DNA from: Selaginella moellendorffii
Taxonomy: Eukaryota; Plantae; Lycopodiophyta
Reading direction: 5' to 3'
Length of the DNA stretch: 64,000 nt
NCBI RefSeq assembly: GCF_000143415.4
Contig: NW_003314273.1
Span: 1,828,052 to 1,892,051, forward strand
A program made the translations under genes and the position numbers. Positions 48,786 through 61,963 of this stretch are shown here, piece after piece. Under the pieces are notes generated by a model, which made no database searches, had not been told where the DNA came from, and saw nothing but the letters and a program-made list of their open reading frames with translations. Position 1 is the first letter of the stretch, and each line of letters begins with the position of its first letter.

Positions 48786-49686
48786 TGCCAAGACCCTGGC
48801 GTGCGAGCCTTCACAACATGCTGGCTCCACGATTTGGCGATTGAATTTGGGAGGGGTTCCCTCCATACTGAAAAGTTTTTCTTCCAAGAATCTGGAAGCG
48901 AAGAGCCACGTCGATCTGATTGGAACTTTTTGCGGGATCCAATGTGTGAGAAGCAGCAGCACAGTGGCGATTGATGCGAGCGTCCACTCTGTTTCCATTT
49001 CTCTTGGAAATTGAAAAAAGAATGAAACTTTGCAGACGGCCACATTGGTCTTCGCGAATCGCCGCTGCTCGTCTCAGTCTATGGCGAGGCCGAGGCCGCT
49101 GGATCGTTCTGTGCCCACTGCATTCATTTCTTCCAGTTCCTGGTGTGCGACGTGCTAAGATCAATGCCCGTTGGTTTGATGGCTCCCAGCTCTGGGCAAG
49201 GTGAGAGCTTCGATGCCACCCGCGTACCTGGTTGATCCTGAAGTCCCTTGAACCGTCAACCTTTGGCTCACCTGGAGAAAGATATAGGAATGTGTTACTT
49301 ACCGGGAAAGAACAACCAAGCCATAGCCACGAAGACTACGAACAAAAGAAGCAAAGAACTGAGAGAACAAGGAACGAAAGCTACTCACCACATCGAGCGG
49401 GACGAAGATGAACTGCGAGACGACCTAGGGGAGAAAGCCCGCAGGCTCCATTCCCGATGGCGGCGGCGGCGGTGTCTGGAAAGTTGAGCTTGGAAGTGAG
49501 GTTGAGCCGCCATCTTGGTCGCTTCGAGAGTTGTCAAGAACAGCACTCAACTGGAAACAGTGCCGGCAATCACGGTCCAAATCCCCGGTAGAGTCCTCTC
49601 ACTCCATTGCTAAGAATCGATCTGAGCTTTCATATTGCTCGCCTCATTCTCGTCTTGATCGGGTAGAGCGCCGCCGACAAGCCCGA
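48786..49686. pseudogene. Exostosin/SET/carrier deletion-mosaic, copy 2
   Basis: Near identical to 36386-37316, with private small indels. Confidence 0.9.
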
Positions 49687-51538
49687 TATGTTCTCTCGAG
49701 ATTCTACTCACTGTCACAGTTCGCACGACACCACCACTGGCGCCATCACGAGCCATGGTGACAGACAGGGCTTCAACGACGAGGTCCTGCCAGAAAAGAT
49801 CACCCATTAACGGAAGAAAGTGGAGAGAAATTTGTGTTTCTTGTTTGCTCATTCCTGGCCTCCACGCTTGATCGAGAAAGCCAAATATATATGTCGATCC
49901 AGCTTAGGCACACGGAGTGAAGTTCCACCGATTGGCACACCGAAGATGCTACGTTTGTCGTGCTTGTCCCAACCTCGGACGATCATTCCAGCCTCGAGAA
50001 AGGAGCAAAAGCAATACAGACTGTTTATATACATCAATCAAAGCTGCTGCTAAACAAAACCTTGTTCGAATATCTCTAACCAGCCCTAGAATCTCAACAC
50101 AGTTAATCTAATAATAAAATAATAAAATAGTGTTTTCGCCCATTCCAGCCTTGACAATTGTTTGTTTCACCCATAAGGACGAAGAAATCACGAGAACAAT
50201 CCAGATCGGCAAATGTAGACATGAGATTTTATCAGAAGCTTGCGATCCTGTACCTACACGCGACCCAAAGGAAAAGATGTACACTTTCAGGATTTTACAA
50301 TCTGAAGCAATTGCTAATCAAGTTGGCACAGCCTTTTCCGCAACAAGAATGCTTCCCAACACTCCGAAGTCCGACGAGCTCAAACAATGCCGACTCCTTT
50401 GCGAGCCGGCGAGCAGCGCCATCCGGGAGCTCTCTCGGCTGGCTCAATCTCCACAGATCCAGCATCGAGCAGTAGTGTCTGGGCTGAGGCTTGAATCCAC
50501 AGTCGTTGCTCATCGAAACGAGAACTCGCGTCCCTTGCCTGCGTGGCTGCAAGCAACCAAAGCACTCACATACGCAACTTGGTCGGGGATCATCTCACGA
50601 AAGTGGTCAATCGCTTGCGTCCGAATGGCTACATGCGATTGTTCTGTCTGTCTGCGGAAATCACCGACGTCCACGACACAACGTTCGATGGGAGAATGGC
50701 CCCAGGATGGAGTTCCAGGAGACGATGTCCCTCTCGGGCATGAGAGTGAGGATCTCCCAGATGCCCTTGTTGGGCATTCCCGCAAGGAGCGAGTTCAGCT
50801 CCATAGCTCGCACTCGGGCTCTTGACGCCCGTGTTCCAGGTCACAAAGCTGGCGCGCGACAACGAGGCCCAAGATGCTGCCAAGAGCCCGAGGTCTCCTC
50901 CATAAGCTGCTTCTTAGTTTTTAGTTTTAAGAAAATGGAGGCCTCGGGCTCTTGGCTGTGGCGGATCAGCCCAAGAGACCAAAGCCACACTACATGACCC
51001 CTGCCACGTATAACACGAGGTGGCGGCTCGATCCACCGTGGCTTGGATCAACGGTAACCATTCTCTTGTGCATCAAATTTTAGGAGGTAAATAACGTTCA
51101 ACAGTCGTATCTCAAGTTCATGTCCTTTGCCTACAGATTTATAGCAGTATCGCTTTCGAAGTTTGCCACCGGGTCGAAATTCTCGCGTTTATCTCATGGA
51201 AAACATAACAGTCAAAGTTCAAACCACCAGGGTCAACTATACGCAAGTAGGTATTGCGTCTTTGACCAGCAGACTTTCACTGAAAACTTTCACTCTTCAC
51301 TCTCATCTGTCAACTAAAGCAATTAGTTGTGAGGTCAGGACACTGTTCTCCTCCTTTTCACTTGGGGATCAAAGGTGTCAATTGGAAATTCTGATGCTAC
51401 GTACTTGATCATCTCCTTGACAAACCACCTAGAGTCTCGATCAAGGAAAGGCTCCCAAGTGCGGCGCCATCACACTCTGGGGCCACCACACTCATGGAAT
51501 TCACGGCTGGACCAGCTCGATAACAGCGAGCATCGAGA

Positions 51539-52866
51539 TCAGGGAACGAGTTTCATTGTCACTGTCATTCAATAGAAGGCCGTTGGAGAGAGAAGGAGAT
51601 TCATTGTCATTCTCATTCCAGAGAAGAACGTTGGAGAGATCTGAAGGAGATGGTCATGGCGCGCGCGTTGTGGAGCTGGAGGAGACGCAGTTGGCGCTGA
51701 GCTCAGGCTGGCGGGATGCATGCCACTGGAGTCCGCTCCTCCCGCCCGCCAACGCCTCCATCGACGAGCGGCTCCGGCGGGAGATCATCCGATACGGCGA
51801 ATTCGCGCAGGCTTGCTACGACGGCTTCGAATACAGCGAGGGCTCGGAATTCTGTGGAGACACAAAGTTCTCCAAGGAGGAGCTCCTCCAATCCGTGGGA
51901 CTCCCAAGCACAGGATACGAAATCACGGCCTATCTCTACGCAACATCGCAACTGGGCTTGCCCAGCTTCTTCAAGCGCTCCAATTCCAACGCCCAACCCG
52001 GCGACGACTCGTGGACGTCGGACACCAACTGGATGGGCTTCGTGGCGGTTGCCACGTCGGACGAGACCATCCGACGGTTGGGACGCCGCGACATTGTGGT
52101 GGCCTGGCGCGGGACGGTGACGCAGCTCGAGTGGATCGAGAACCTCAAGGATCTCCTCCGCCCCACCGGGCTCGACCCCACGGATCACAACACCAAAGGC
52201 GTGAAAGTGGAGACGGGATTTCTCAGCATCTACACGTCTCCAGTCCCCGGCGATCAGGCCGGGATGAGCGCGAGGCAGCAGCTCCACTCGGAGATCAAGC
52301 GATTGGTCGGGCTCTACCAGGGCGAGCAGCTGAGTATGACGTTCACGGGCCACAGCCTTGGTGGCGCGCTTGCACTCCTCAGCGCCTACGACGTGACAGA
52401 GCTTGGGCTGCCCGGGAGCAATACCCCGGTGTCCGTCTTCACATTCTCGGCACCCCGAGTTGGGAACCGGGGTTTCAAGAACCGGTGCCTCGAGCTCGGG
52501 CTCAAAGTCCTCCAGACACGCAATGCCACAGACCTGGTGCCCAAAGTTCCAGGGGTGATTGTCAACGAGGACAGCTGTGATATCATCTCGCTCATCTTCC
52601 ACAGGTTTCCATGGGCCTACACCCATGTTGGCACCGAGTTTGAGCTCAGCAGCGACATCTCTCCGTTTCTGAGGGAAGATGGTGGCTTGACCGATCTGCA
52701 CAACTTGGAGGCCTTGCTTCACCTGGTTGATGGCTACCAAGGGCCGAGCAAGCCCTTCAGTATCTCGGGCACCCGGGATATCGCACTGGTGAACAAGAGA
52801 TCGGACTATCTCAAGGCAGAGCTTGGAGTTCCAGGAAACTGGTGGTTTAAGGACACCAAGCAGTAG
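51539..52866 (+). pseudogene. Inverted PLA1 copy 5: frame open, but start codon mutated (ATG>AGG) and normal upstream region detached
   Basis: gagatcAGGgaacgag here versus gagatcATGgaacgag in the other five copies; homology stops ~20 bp upstream. Confidence 0.75.
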
Positions 52867-53196
52867 AGTCCGTCTTTCTTCCATCACGATCACGGTGGTG
52901 GACTTTTACAAACTCATTCTTTTACGGAGGCCTCACGCTGATCAGTAGGGCCAAGCTCTGTTTGGCACGTATATCTGAAAGGTGGCACGCTTGCAATGGT
53001 CATTCGATTGAATCTTGTAAATATCTTGATTTGAAAAATTTAGTTTACATTTTGCTACAAACAATTTGCTTGCATTGTTTCCCTTCTTGAGCTCCTTGGC
53101 CACAAGGGAGTGAGCGATGATGCAGCTGTAGTGAGTGATGTTTGGATGCATGGGGTTGGCTGATTCCTCAGGAGCTAGTAGGAGTATCTGGCAGTT

Positions 53197-56100
53197 CATT
53201 CGTGATTTCTATCCCGAATATGGTATCGGAGCCCTGAGGGCTTCAGATCCTGGGACGATGGCGCTGCCTCTCAGGGCCGCTCTCTTCTCTTCAGACAGAA
53301 TCCATCGATGCAGTTCAAATGAAGGACTTCGATGAAGATGAGCTGATCACAGCTTTCTTCAAGGGGCTTAGCCGACCAATGCAACTCGCAGGGTCGCATC
53401 ATTTAAGTTCCATTAACACTTTCAGCCAGATTGTAGCCGACCTCACAGCGTTGGAGGGTTTTCTCAAGTCAGGGCAAGCGAGCTCAAATGAGAAAGAATT
53501 GGCACTCTTCGCAGGAAAGGGGAAACGATCTATCACAGTGTGGGACAGACTAGGACCAACGAACGATCAGGGCGAGAGCAGCAAACCAGAAAAGTTCAAG
53601 AAGAAAAAGAAGAATGATCGCTGTAACATTTGCAAGAAACCAGAGATTGCACAGACGAAGAGGCCAAGAAAGCTAAGGAGGCTCGAAAAGCTGAGGCAAA
53701 GAGGGCAGCAAGAAAGAACAAGTCGGCCAACTTTGCCAGGACAGCAGAAAGTAGCAAGGAAGACAACCAGGAGGATGTGGACGACCATGGCAGCTTGTTC
53801 ATGGCCACTAGTATCCAGCAGGTTGCGAAGAACGCTCTTGGCACAGAAGCAGAAGTGGTATACCTTGATTCTGGGGCAAACAAACACATGACACACCTCA
53901 GGAAATTTCCAGCAGGGAAATTGTCTAGGACATATGTGACAAGAAATCTCCTGCCACCGCCACAGTTTTCTCTCACGGAAGTAGCTGCGGATGACTCGGA
54001 AGAAAGTGACAACGAATTTCCAGTTAGGGCACGCGCAATCATACGAGGCAGAGCTGAAGGAGCCGGCGAGGGGAATGGAAGCGGCGACCAGGATGATCCA
54101 GGAGGCAACGAGGACGGTGCAGAGAGCGTGGATGGTGCTGGGGGCGATCCAAATGGAGGTGAGGGCTTGCTCCCTGAAGCTGAAGGCTTGCCACTCGACA
54201 CAGCAGGCGTTGGAACCAGTGGGAGCGCTAGGACAGCAAACCCAGTCGGCAGAGAGGAAGACCACGGTGGTGAGCGCACTATTGGCAGGACCAGGGCTGA
54301 AAATAGTGAGGGCAGTTTGAGACGTTCTGGCCGTGAGCGCGCACTCACAGAGGCTGGGCGTCAATGCAGGGAGCAGCTGGACATACAAGCAGCTAAGCGG
54401 GCTTCTCGGCAAGAAACCAAGGCTACTAGAGACCGATCAGTGACAGTGCCAATCCTCCTCCTCATCTCTCTAGACCTCTTACGATCCAGTCTTTTATTTT
54501 GCCAACTCTAGCATGGAGGAAGAAGGGGAGCAAGGCGAGAACCAGCTTCTCCTTCTCTTCAGCCATGGCCGAGATGCACTTGTTCCGAAGACCATGGAAG
54601 ATGCTCTTGCCGGACCTGATGCAGATCAGTGGCGCACTGCTCGTCAAGCTGAGTATAGCTCATTGATGGAGAACAAGACCTGGGGAGCTGCCACCTGGGA
54701 GGAAGGTGATTAAGACCAAGTTCCTCTTGCGGCTCAAGACAGGACCTGATGGAGACACGCGCTACAAAGTCAGATTTGTTGCGAGAGGATTCTCACAAGT
54801 TGAAGGAGTCGACTTCTATGAGACCTTTTCACCAGTGGTGAAGCTTGCATCAATTCGACTTCTCTACAACTTAGCAGCTCACGAAGACATGCACGTCGAG
54901 CACATGGATGTAACGACGGCGTTCCTGAATGGTGGAAGTCTACATTGAGCAACCAGCCGGATTTATTGCCAAAGGACGAGAGCACTTGGTGTGCAAGCTC
55001 AAGAAGGCCCTCTACGGCCTGAAGCAATCGCCTCGTGCCTGGTACGCAAAGATGAACTCGTTTCTTCTTGCCCTTGGCTTCGAGAGTCTCTCTGCAGACA
55101 CTAATGTGTATATTAAGCAAGTGGGAGCTCTCCTGGTGCTGTTGGCTTTGTACGTGGACGACTGCTTGCTCCTCAGCAAAAGCAAGAAGCTGATTCATCA
55201 ACTGAAGAAAGATCTCAGCTCGAGATTCAAGATGGTGGACCTTGGGAGCGTCAAGTACTGTCTTCAGAGACAGGAGGAAGGGCACACTAGAAATGTCTCA
55301 GAAGAAATATATTGAAGAGCTCCTCCAGAAATTCAAGCTTAGTGACGTCAACTCTGCATCAATGCCAATGGAAGTTGGCATGCACCTCAGTAAGGACATG
55401 GCACCTCAGACGGAAGCAGCGAAAGCAGTGATGGAGAGGATCCCGTACAGGCAGATGGGAGGCAGTTTAGTCTACCTCATGGTTTGTACCAGGCCAGACA
55501 TCGCCTATTCAGTGGGAGTGGTTTCGCGGTTCCTGGCAAATCCCGGCTTCCAGCACTGGCAGGCAGTTAAGCGTGTGTTTCGTTACCTGAAGGGGACAGC
55601 AGATTATGTTTTGTGCTACACAAAACAAGAGCAGCCTCAACTCCAGGGATTCCCGGATGCAGACTGGGCAGGGGAAGTTGATCAGCGTAAATCAACTTCT
55701 GGCTACGTCTTCAGCCTGGGCAGCGCAGCAGTTACATGGAGCAGCCAGCGGCAGCCAATCGTGGCTCTCTCGAGCACAGAGGCTGAGTATATCGGGATGA
55801 CCCAAGCAGCCAAGGAAATTCTTTGGCTCAGGACTCTGCTGAACGGTCTAAGCTACGAGCAAGGGGAGGAAACGGTTCTGCATTGCGACAATCAAGGAGC
55901 TATTGCCTTGACGAAGAATCCAAGATTTCATCGCAGGACAAAACACATCCAGGTTCAGTTTCATTTTATTCGTGAACAGGTAGCGGTGAAGAAAGTGGAA
56001 CTCGTCTACTGTGCTACCACGGAGATGGTGGCAGATATATTCACGAAGGCACTTCCACCAGCAGTGTTCGTGCAACATGTACAAGCTCTAGGCGTGAAGA

Positions 56101-56290
56101 AACGAAGTATTGCGAGCTCAACTTGAGCCCTCTTAAGTCAAGTTGACTTGTCGTGTTTGTTCATTCTCTCATTAGTCAATAAGAGAAACGCTGCTGGTGC
56201 TGGGGCCTGTTGGGCGTTTCTCTTATTGACTAATGAGAGAATGACGACAAGTTAACTTGACCTAAGAGGGAATCACGAATATTCCCTCAA
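53197..56290 (+). mobile_element. Deleted Ty1/Copia element (gag and protease relics, RT and RNaseH; integrase missing) with scrambled LTRs
   Basis: PBS TGGTATCGGAGC at 53221; YLDSGANKHMT; YKVRFVARGFSQ, MDVTTAFLNG, LKKALYGLKQSPRAW, LYVDD, DADWAG..RKSTSG, CDNQGAI..TKHI. Confidence 0.93.
56128..56270. repeat. Long inverted repeat (~57-bp stem, 22-nt loop)
   Basis: Arms 56128-56191 and 56214-56270 are complementary, with 2 mismatches and one 7-nt bulge. Confidence 0.95.
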
Positions 56291-56786
56291 TAGGTTTGTG
56301 CATTTCCACAAAGTAACTCTTGTTTGTTCCTCACACCAGTGTAGTAGGAAGTATATATATTGTTGAAATAAAGTTTGCAATACAGAGCAAATTTAAAACC
56401 AGAGCAAACAACACAGCCCACAACTGCCAGATACTCCTACTAGCTCCCGAGGAATCAGCCAACCCCATGCATCCAAACATCACTCACTACAGCTGCATCA
56501 TCGATCTCCTCAGCTGCACCGCACTCCCTTGTGGCCAAGGAGCTCAAGAAGGGAAACAATGCAAGCAAATTGTTTGTAGCAAAATGTAAACTAAGGTTTT
56601 CAAATCAAGATATTTACAAGATTCAATCGAATGACCCAAACCAAAACTATATAGGCCATTGCAAGAGTGCCACCTTTCAGATATAAGTGCCAAACTGAGC
56701 TTCGTCCTACTGATCAGCGTGATGCCTCCGTAATAGAATGACTTTGTAAAAGTCCGCCACTGATCGTGATGGAAGAAAGACGGGCT

Positions 56787-58112
56787 CTACTGCTTGGTGT
56801 CCTTAAACCACCAGTTTGCTGGAACTCCAAGCTCTGCCTTGAGATAGTCCGATCTCTTGTTCACTAGTGCGATATCCCGGGTGCCCGAGACACTGAAGGG
56901 CTTGCTCGGCCCTTGGTAGCCATCAACCAGGTGAAGCAAGGCCTCCAAGTTGTGCAGATCGGTCAAGCCACCATCTTCCCTCAGAAACGGAGAGATGTCG
57001 CTGCTGAGCTCAAACTCGGTGCCAACATGGGTGTAGGCCCATGGGAACCTGTGGAAGATGAGCGAGATGATATCACAGCTGTCCTCGTTGACAATCACCC
57101 CTGGAACTTTGGGCACCAGGTCTGCGGCATTGCGTGTCTGGAGGACTTTGAGCCCGAGCTCGAGGCACCTGTCCTTGAAACCCCGGTTCCCAACTCGGGG
57201 TGCCGAGAACGTGAAGACGGACACCGGGGTATTGCTCCCGGGCAGCCCAAGCTCTGTCACGTCGTAGGCGCTGAGGAGTGCAAGCGCGCCTCCCAGGCTG
57301 TGGCCCGTGAACGTCATACTCAGCTGCTCGCCCTGGTAGAGCCCGACCAATCGCTTGATCTCCGAGTGGAGCTGCTGCCTCGTGCTCATCCCGGCCTGAT
57401 CACCGGGGACTGGAGACGTGTAGATGCTGAGAAATCCCGTCTCCACTTTCACGCCTTTGGTGTTGTGATCCGTGGGGTCGAGCCCGGTGGGGCGGAGGAG
57501 ATCCTTGAGGTTCTCGATCCACTCGAGCTGCGTCACCGTCCCGCGCCAGGCCACCACAATGTCGCGGCGTCCCAACCGTCGGATGGCCTCGTCCGACGTG
57601 GCAACCGCCACGAAGCCCATCCAGTTGGTGTCCGACGTCCACGAGTCGTCGCCGGGTTGGGCGTTGGAATTGGAGCGCTTGAAGAAGCTGGGCAAGCCCA
57701 GCTGCGATGTTGCGTAGAGATAGGCCGTGATTTCGTATCCCGTGCTTGGGAGTCCCACGGATTGGAGGAGCTCCTCCTTGGAGAACTTCGTGTCTCCACA
57801 GAATTCCGAGCCCTCGCTGTATTCGAAGCCGTCGTAGCAAGCCTGCGCGAATTCGCCGTATCGGATGATCTCCCGCCGGAGCCGCTCGTCGATGGAGGCG
57901 TTGGCGGGCGGGAGGAGCGGACTCCAGTGGCATGCATCGCGCCAGCCTGAGCTCAGCGCCAACTGCGTCTCCTCGAGCTCGACAACGCGCGCGCCATGAC
58001 CATCTCCTTCAGATCTCTCCAACGTTCTTCTCTTAAATGAGAATGACAATGAATCTCCTTCTCTCTCCAACGTCCTTCGCTTGAATGACAGTGACAATGA
58101 AACTCGTTCCAT
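56787..58112 (-). CDS. Phospholipase A1, DAD1-like, copy 6
   Basis: Intact ORF with catalytic motifs (GHSLG). Confidence 0.93.
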   Translation of the reverse strand: MERVSLSLSFKRRTLEREGDSLSFSFKRRTLERSEGDGHGARVVELEETQLALSSGWRDACHWSPLLPPANASIDERLRREIIRYGEFAQACYDGFEYSEGSEFCGDTKFSKEELLQSVGLPSTGYEITAYLYATSQLGLPSFFKRSNSNAQPGDDSWTSDTNWMGFVAVATSDEAIRRLGRRDIVVAWRGTVTQLEWIENLKDLLRPTGLDPTDHNTKGVKVETGFLSIYTSPVPGDQAGMSTRQQLHSEIKRLVGLYQGEQLSMTFTGHSLGGALALLSAYDVTELGLPGSNTPVSVFTFSAPRVGNRGFKDRCLELGLKVLQTRNAADLVPKVPGVIVNEDSCDIISLIFHRFPWAYTHVGTEFELSSDISPFLREDGGLTDLHNLEALLHLVDGYQGPSKPFSVSGTRDIALVNKRSDYLKAELGVPANWWFKDTKQ

Positions 58113-59065
58113 GATCTCGATGCTCGCTCTGATGGGCTTGGACAATTGTTGATACGCCTATCGATCGATCAGCTCGTCCTTGACGAGTATGGTGTCAATG
58201 AATCAGATGATCGCTTCCTAAGGAACTTCTCCCCTTGTTGTTTCTCCCTTCCTGTAGATTGCTGGTGGAATGCTGAGATTGTGGCAGAGGATTTATAGAA
58301 GTATCGCTTTCGAAGTTTGCCACCGGGTCAAAAGCATATACGAAATTCTCGCGTTGAACTCTTTAATTTATTTTCGAATGGGAAACATAATAGTCAAAGT
58401 TCAAACCACCAGGGTCAACTATACGCAAGGAGGTATCGCGTCTTTGACCAGTAGACTTTCACTGAACTTTCACCTCTCATCCGTCCAATAAAGCAACAAA
58501 TTGAGAGGTTGGGATCAGTGTTCTCCTCCTTTTCACCTGGTGATCAAAGGTGTAGATTGGAAGTCCTGACGCCAGGTCTCCTTGACGAACTGCCCAGAGT
58601 CTCGATCAAGGAAAGGCTCCCAAGAGCGGCGCCATCACACTCTGGGGCCACCACACTCTTGGAATCCCTGGCTGCTGCTGGCGATCGGGCACATGTGGAC
58701 AATGAGATGGACACAGATGGATCCGACCTGGCAGGAAGAATGGATGCAGGGGCAAAAAAAGTGGTGGGGAAGAGGATTGGCTTGGGAACGGTGCAACAAG
58801 CAATGATCAAGATCTAATCACGGTGAGGGTTTTGACCCAGGGCTCATTTTACTGGTTTGCTTAAAATGTAATTAGATATACTTATTAATTTTAATATTTA
58901 ATTAGATTAATCTGTATTTATAATAATTTATGGTTTGCTTAAGCAAAAGTGAAATATATTTAGTTCTACCAAATAATTGTTATTCATTTAGATTAATCTT
59001 GCATTTATAATTTCCAAACATGTTTATAATTAATAACTTTCCTAAACTCTTTATAGTTTATTTTT

Positions 59066-59362
59066 GGTTTGCTTAAGCAAACTTGTAGGGGTGGTAATGG
59101 ATATACCTAGAATATTCTTGAATATTCTAGGATATTTTACCATCTAACGGTTTATATTTATTTAGATTAATCTTATATTTATAATTTATAAACTTTCCTA
59201 AACATGTCTTAGTATATTCTAGTTTATTCTACCATTTAATGGTTAATATTCAATAAGATTAATCTTTTGTTTATAAATTATAAACATGTTTATAATTATA
59301 AACTTTCATTTGATTAATTGGAACTATTAAGTAAACCTGCAATGTGCAGCAAATTAGTATTT
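59066..59362 (+). mobile_element. Related HINE-like element (paralogs 32677-33155 and 45056-45534; truncated at ~23910-24145 and ~41290-41525)
   Basis: T run + GGTTTGCTTAAGCAAAC ... TTAAGTAAACC + CTGCA-ATG-TGCAG hairpin + T-rich end; internal ~75-bp AT-rich subrepeats shared with 34236. Confidence 0.55.
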
Positions 59363-61963
59363 CTTTTCCCATCTAACTTGATATGGAATAAGATTAATTT
59401 TCATTTATAAATGATAAACATGTTTATAATTATTGATCAAACGGATTATTCAATAATACTAAACAGGAATGATATTTCTGCCACTCACCTAAAATAAGGA
59501 GTTAGAAAATCAATTGTTTCAAGTTTCTTGTCTTTTTCAATGATCTCCACTTTACTCCATTTTAGAATGAGGTAGAGGGCTATCTCTCTTTCCTTTACTT
59601 TGAAGCTAAGGGTGAATAGCTTTCTTCTCTATAGCTAGAAAAGGTAATGAAGATCAAGCTCATCAGTGTCTAAAACCCAGACACTGTTATTAGTGTTTGT
59701 AAGTCTTTATTCAAAAGTGGGATTAGGATTTTGACTATGACTTTATCATCATGGTCCTCAAGCTCATTCTGTGTGGGAGAGGAGGCACAAAATGTCATGG
59801 AAACAATACAGAATTTAGACAGTATTAAATGTCCAAACTTTTTGAAAGCTTTCCCTCTGGCTTCGGATGTAAAGGTGGTGATGGTATATATGGACTCTTG
59901 AGCACTATTTGTAGGCTGATGTTGAGAAATAAGTTACAAGACTAACACATCGTTTTTGCAGTGTTCATTTTCATTTGGTTCTGATTGATTGATCCCACCA
60001 ATGATTTTTTTTTTCTTTCTTTTTTTATCAGTTTGTGATAATAGAAACAGAAATGGAAGAAAGTTTTATTACTACTTGCATTCCAGACCTTGCAACCATC
60101 TTTTAGAACAAACTTTTAGGCTAGTAACTTTAGATATGATAATGTTTTAATTATCCATGGTAGATTATTTATATAACAAATATTAAAAAAAAATCCATTT
60201 GAAAGAAAACCAAGATATGAGTTTTTGAACCAAATTTACAAAGAAACATATAAATACAACCTTTGTGATTTTTTTAAAAGATTTAGTTTCATGATGTGTT
60301 TATTTCAAGAGTTTATTATCAAGTTTTTATGAATTTTTTTCTTTGTGTTTATAGTAGTGTTTATATTTAAGTTTAACATACACATTTTGATTAAACATTT
60401 CTCTTCAATGCTTTGGGAAGAACTTAGATGCTTCCTAGCAGCAGCTAGCAGCTCATACAATACCTTGCCTAATGCATTGTAATCCAAAATTTGAAAATAA
60501 CTCTAATGGACTTTTGTACTGTTGTAAATTCCAATCTAAGTTGTGTTTTCTTACAAAATCCCAACAGTGTTTCTCTTTGACACATTTGTGTGAGCCCATT
60601 TGCCACAGCACCAACAATTTTATTCTCCGTGCATGTTCTCTTTGACCAGTTATCCTCCCAGCTTTCAGGTAAAGTCTAAAGCAGAAGGATGACTATAGAC
60701 ATGAGAAACATACTTGATCAAGTGTTCTCTTGCACTGAAGTAGTAAGCTCCTCATTATCACTATAGGAATTTTTTTCAATGATGCTTAACGGGACCTATA
60801 ATTGAGCATCAATGATTGGAATAAGTGGATTATGAACTCGACAAGTCATGTATCACCACAAACGGTGCATGAAGGTCGCTAGAAACCAGTGGCTAAAATG
60901 GATCTGGGATTTCGTGGATGTTGTTTTGATTCTTTTGATACCAACAAGCGGCAGCAACTTCACACAAGCAGAAACAACACTGCATCGCCCACTAGACACC
61001 GATGTCATATACGCGGTGAGCCAGGAGCTTGGCCATGGAAGATGTTTCTGTCATCTTATTGTGCTTGAGTAAGTGGGCCTTGAACTCATCATCATCAATG
61101 GGCATTGCAGCCAACCTGTTTTGGTGACAATCCTCGCCATGTAACAGCCGCGCCTCCCTGGCTCAAAATCCATTGGCATCACGTAGTACACTGTCGACCC
61201 CGGCTGGCCGAGCCAAGTAGTTGCTCGCTTCAAGCTGCATCTCGAGGGCGTAGAAGGGGGAGGGAGGCTTGCCCTGCAGCTGCCGCACAGGTCGAGCGAA
61301 TTGCCTTGTCATGCATGAGCAAAAAATTAAATAAATAAATTTTTTAAAAAATAAAAATTAAATAAAAATCAGAATGCTGAAGGCTTACTCATTCGGAAGA
61401 GGTTAGACATCTGAATAACTGAGCCACAGCCGCAGTCTAACACGGGCATGTAGACGTTCTCCAAGTGTGTAAGGTAAGGGCACACAGTAATAAGAGGAGT
61501 CACCCAGATCTAGACTTACAGTCCCTGTTGTTTCATTTCCTTTTGTCAGTATTTTGATCTGGCTGCGAGGGAAACTTACATCGTTCGAGCAGAGCGGGAT
61601 TTCATCAAGCACGCCTTTAAAAGCAGCAAACTAAACTCCACAGTCCTTGAGGTTGAAACTGGGCATTACGTATTTCTTCACATGCCACGCTTGGATTGTC
61701 TCGAAAAGAGCTCCACCCTCCACGGAGAAGAAGCAACTGCGCCTGAAGGCGGAGATGACCCTCCGCAACTCGATGGCATCCACGGCTTCTCTCAAGCCAT
61801 CCACTCCCTCCATAAGTTGGGCAACCCTAAAAAGGGACTGACGCCAAGTGCCCAGATTTCAGGTTCTTTCCAATGTGGAAGCTGTTTCCAAGAGCCATGG
61901 CTGCTCGAGAGTATTTTCCTGAGCGAAAGCCAGGAAGTTCCGGAAGCTTGCGGAGATGTGTGC

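Larger units (their letters stand above)
21105..50950. repeat. Direct segmental duplication of a two-PLA1 dimer: ~21105-38497 (includes the 5-kb Gypsy) and ~38498-50950; net unit ~12.4 kb
   Basis: Matching ORFs are offset by 17377-17378 before the Gypsy site and 12379 after it; sequence near identical. A third, full monomer runs from 56291 past 64000. Confidence 0.95.

Noticed and set aside
53567-54412. 250-281 aa minus-strand ORFs
   Set aside because: Antisense shadows of the Copia polyprotein linker region.
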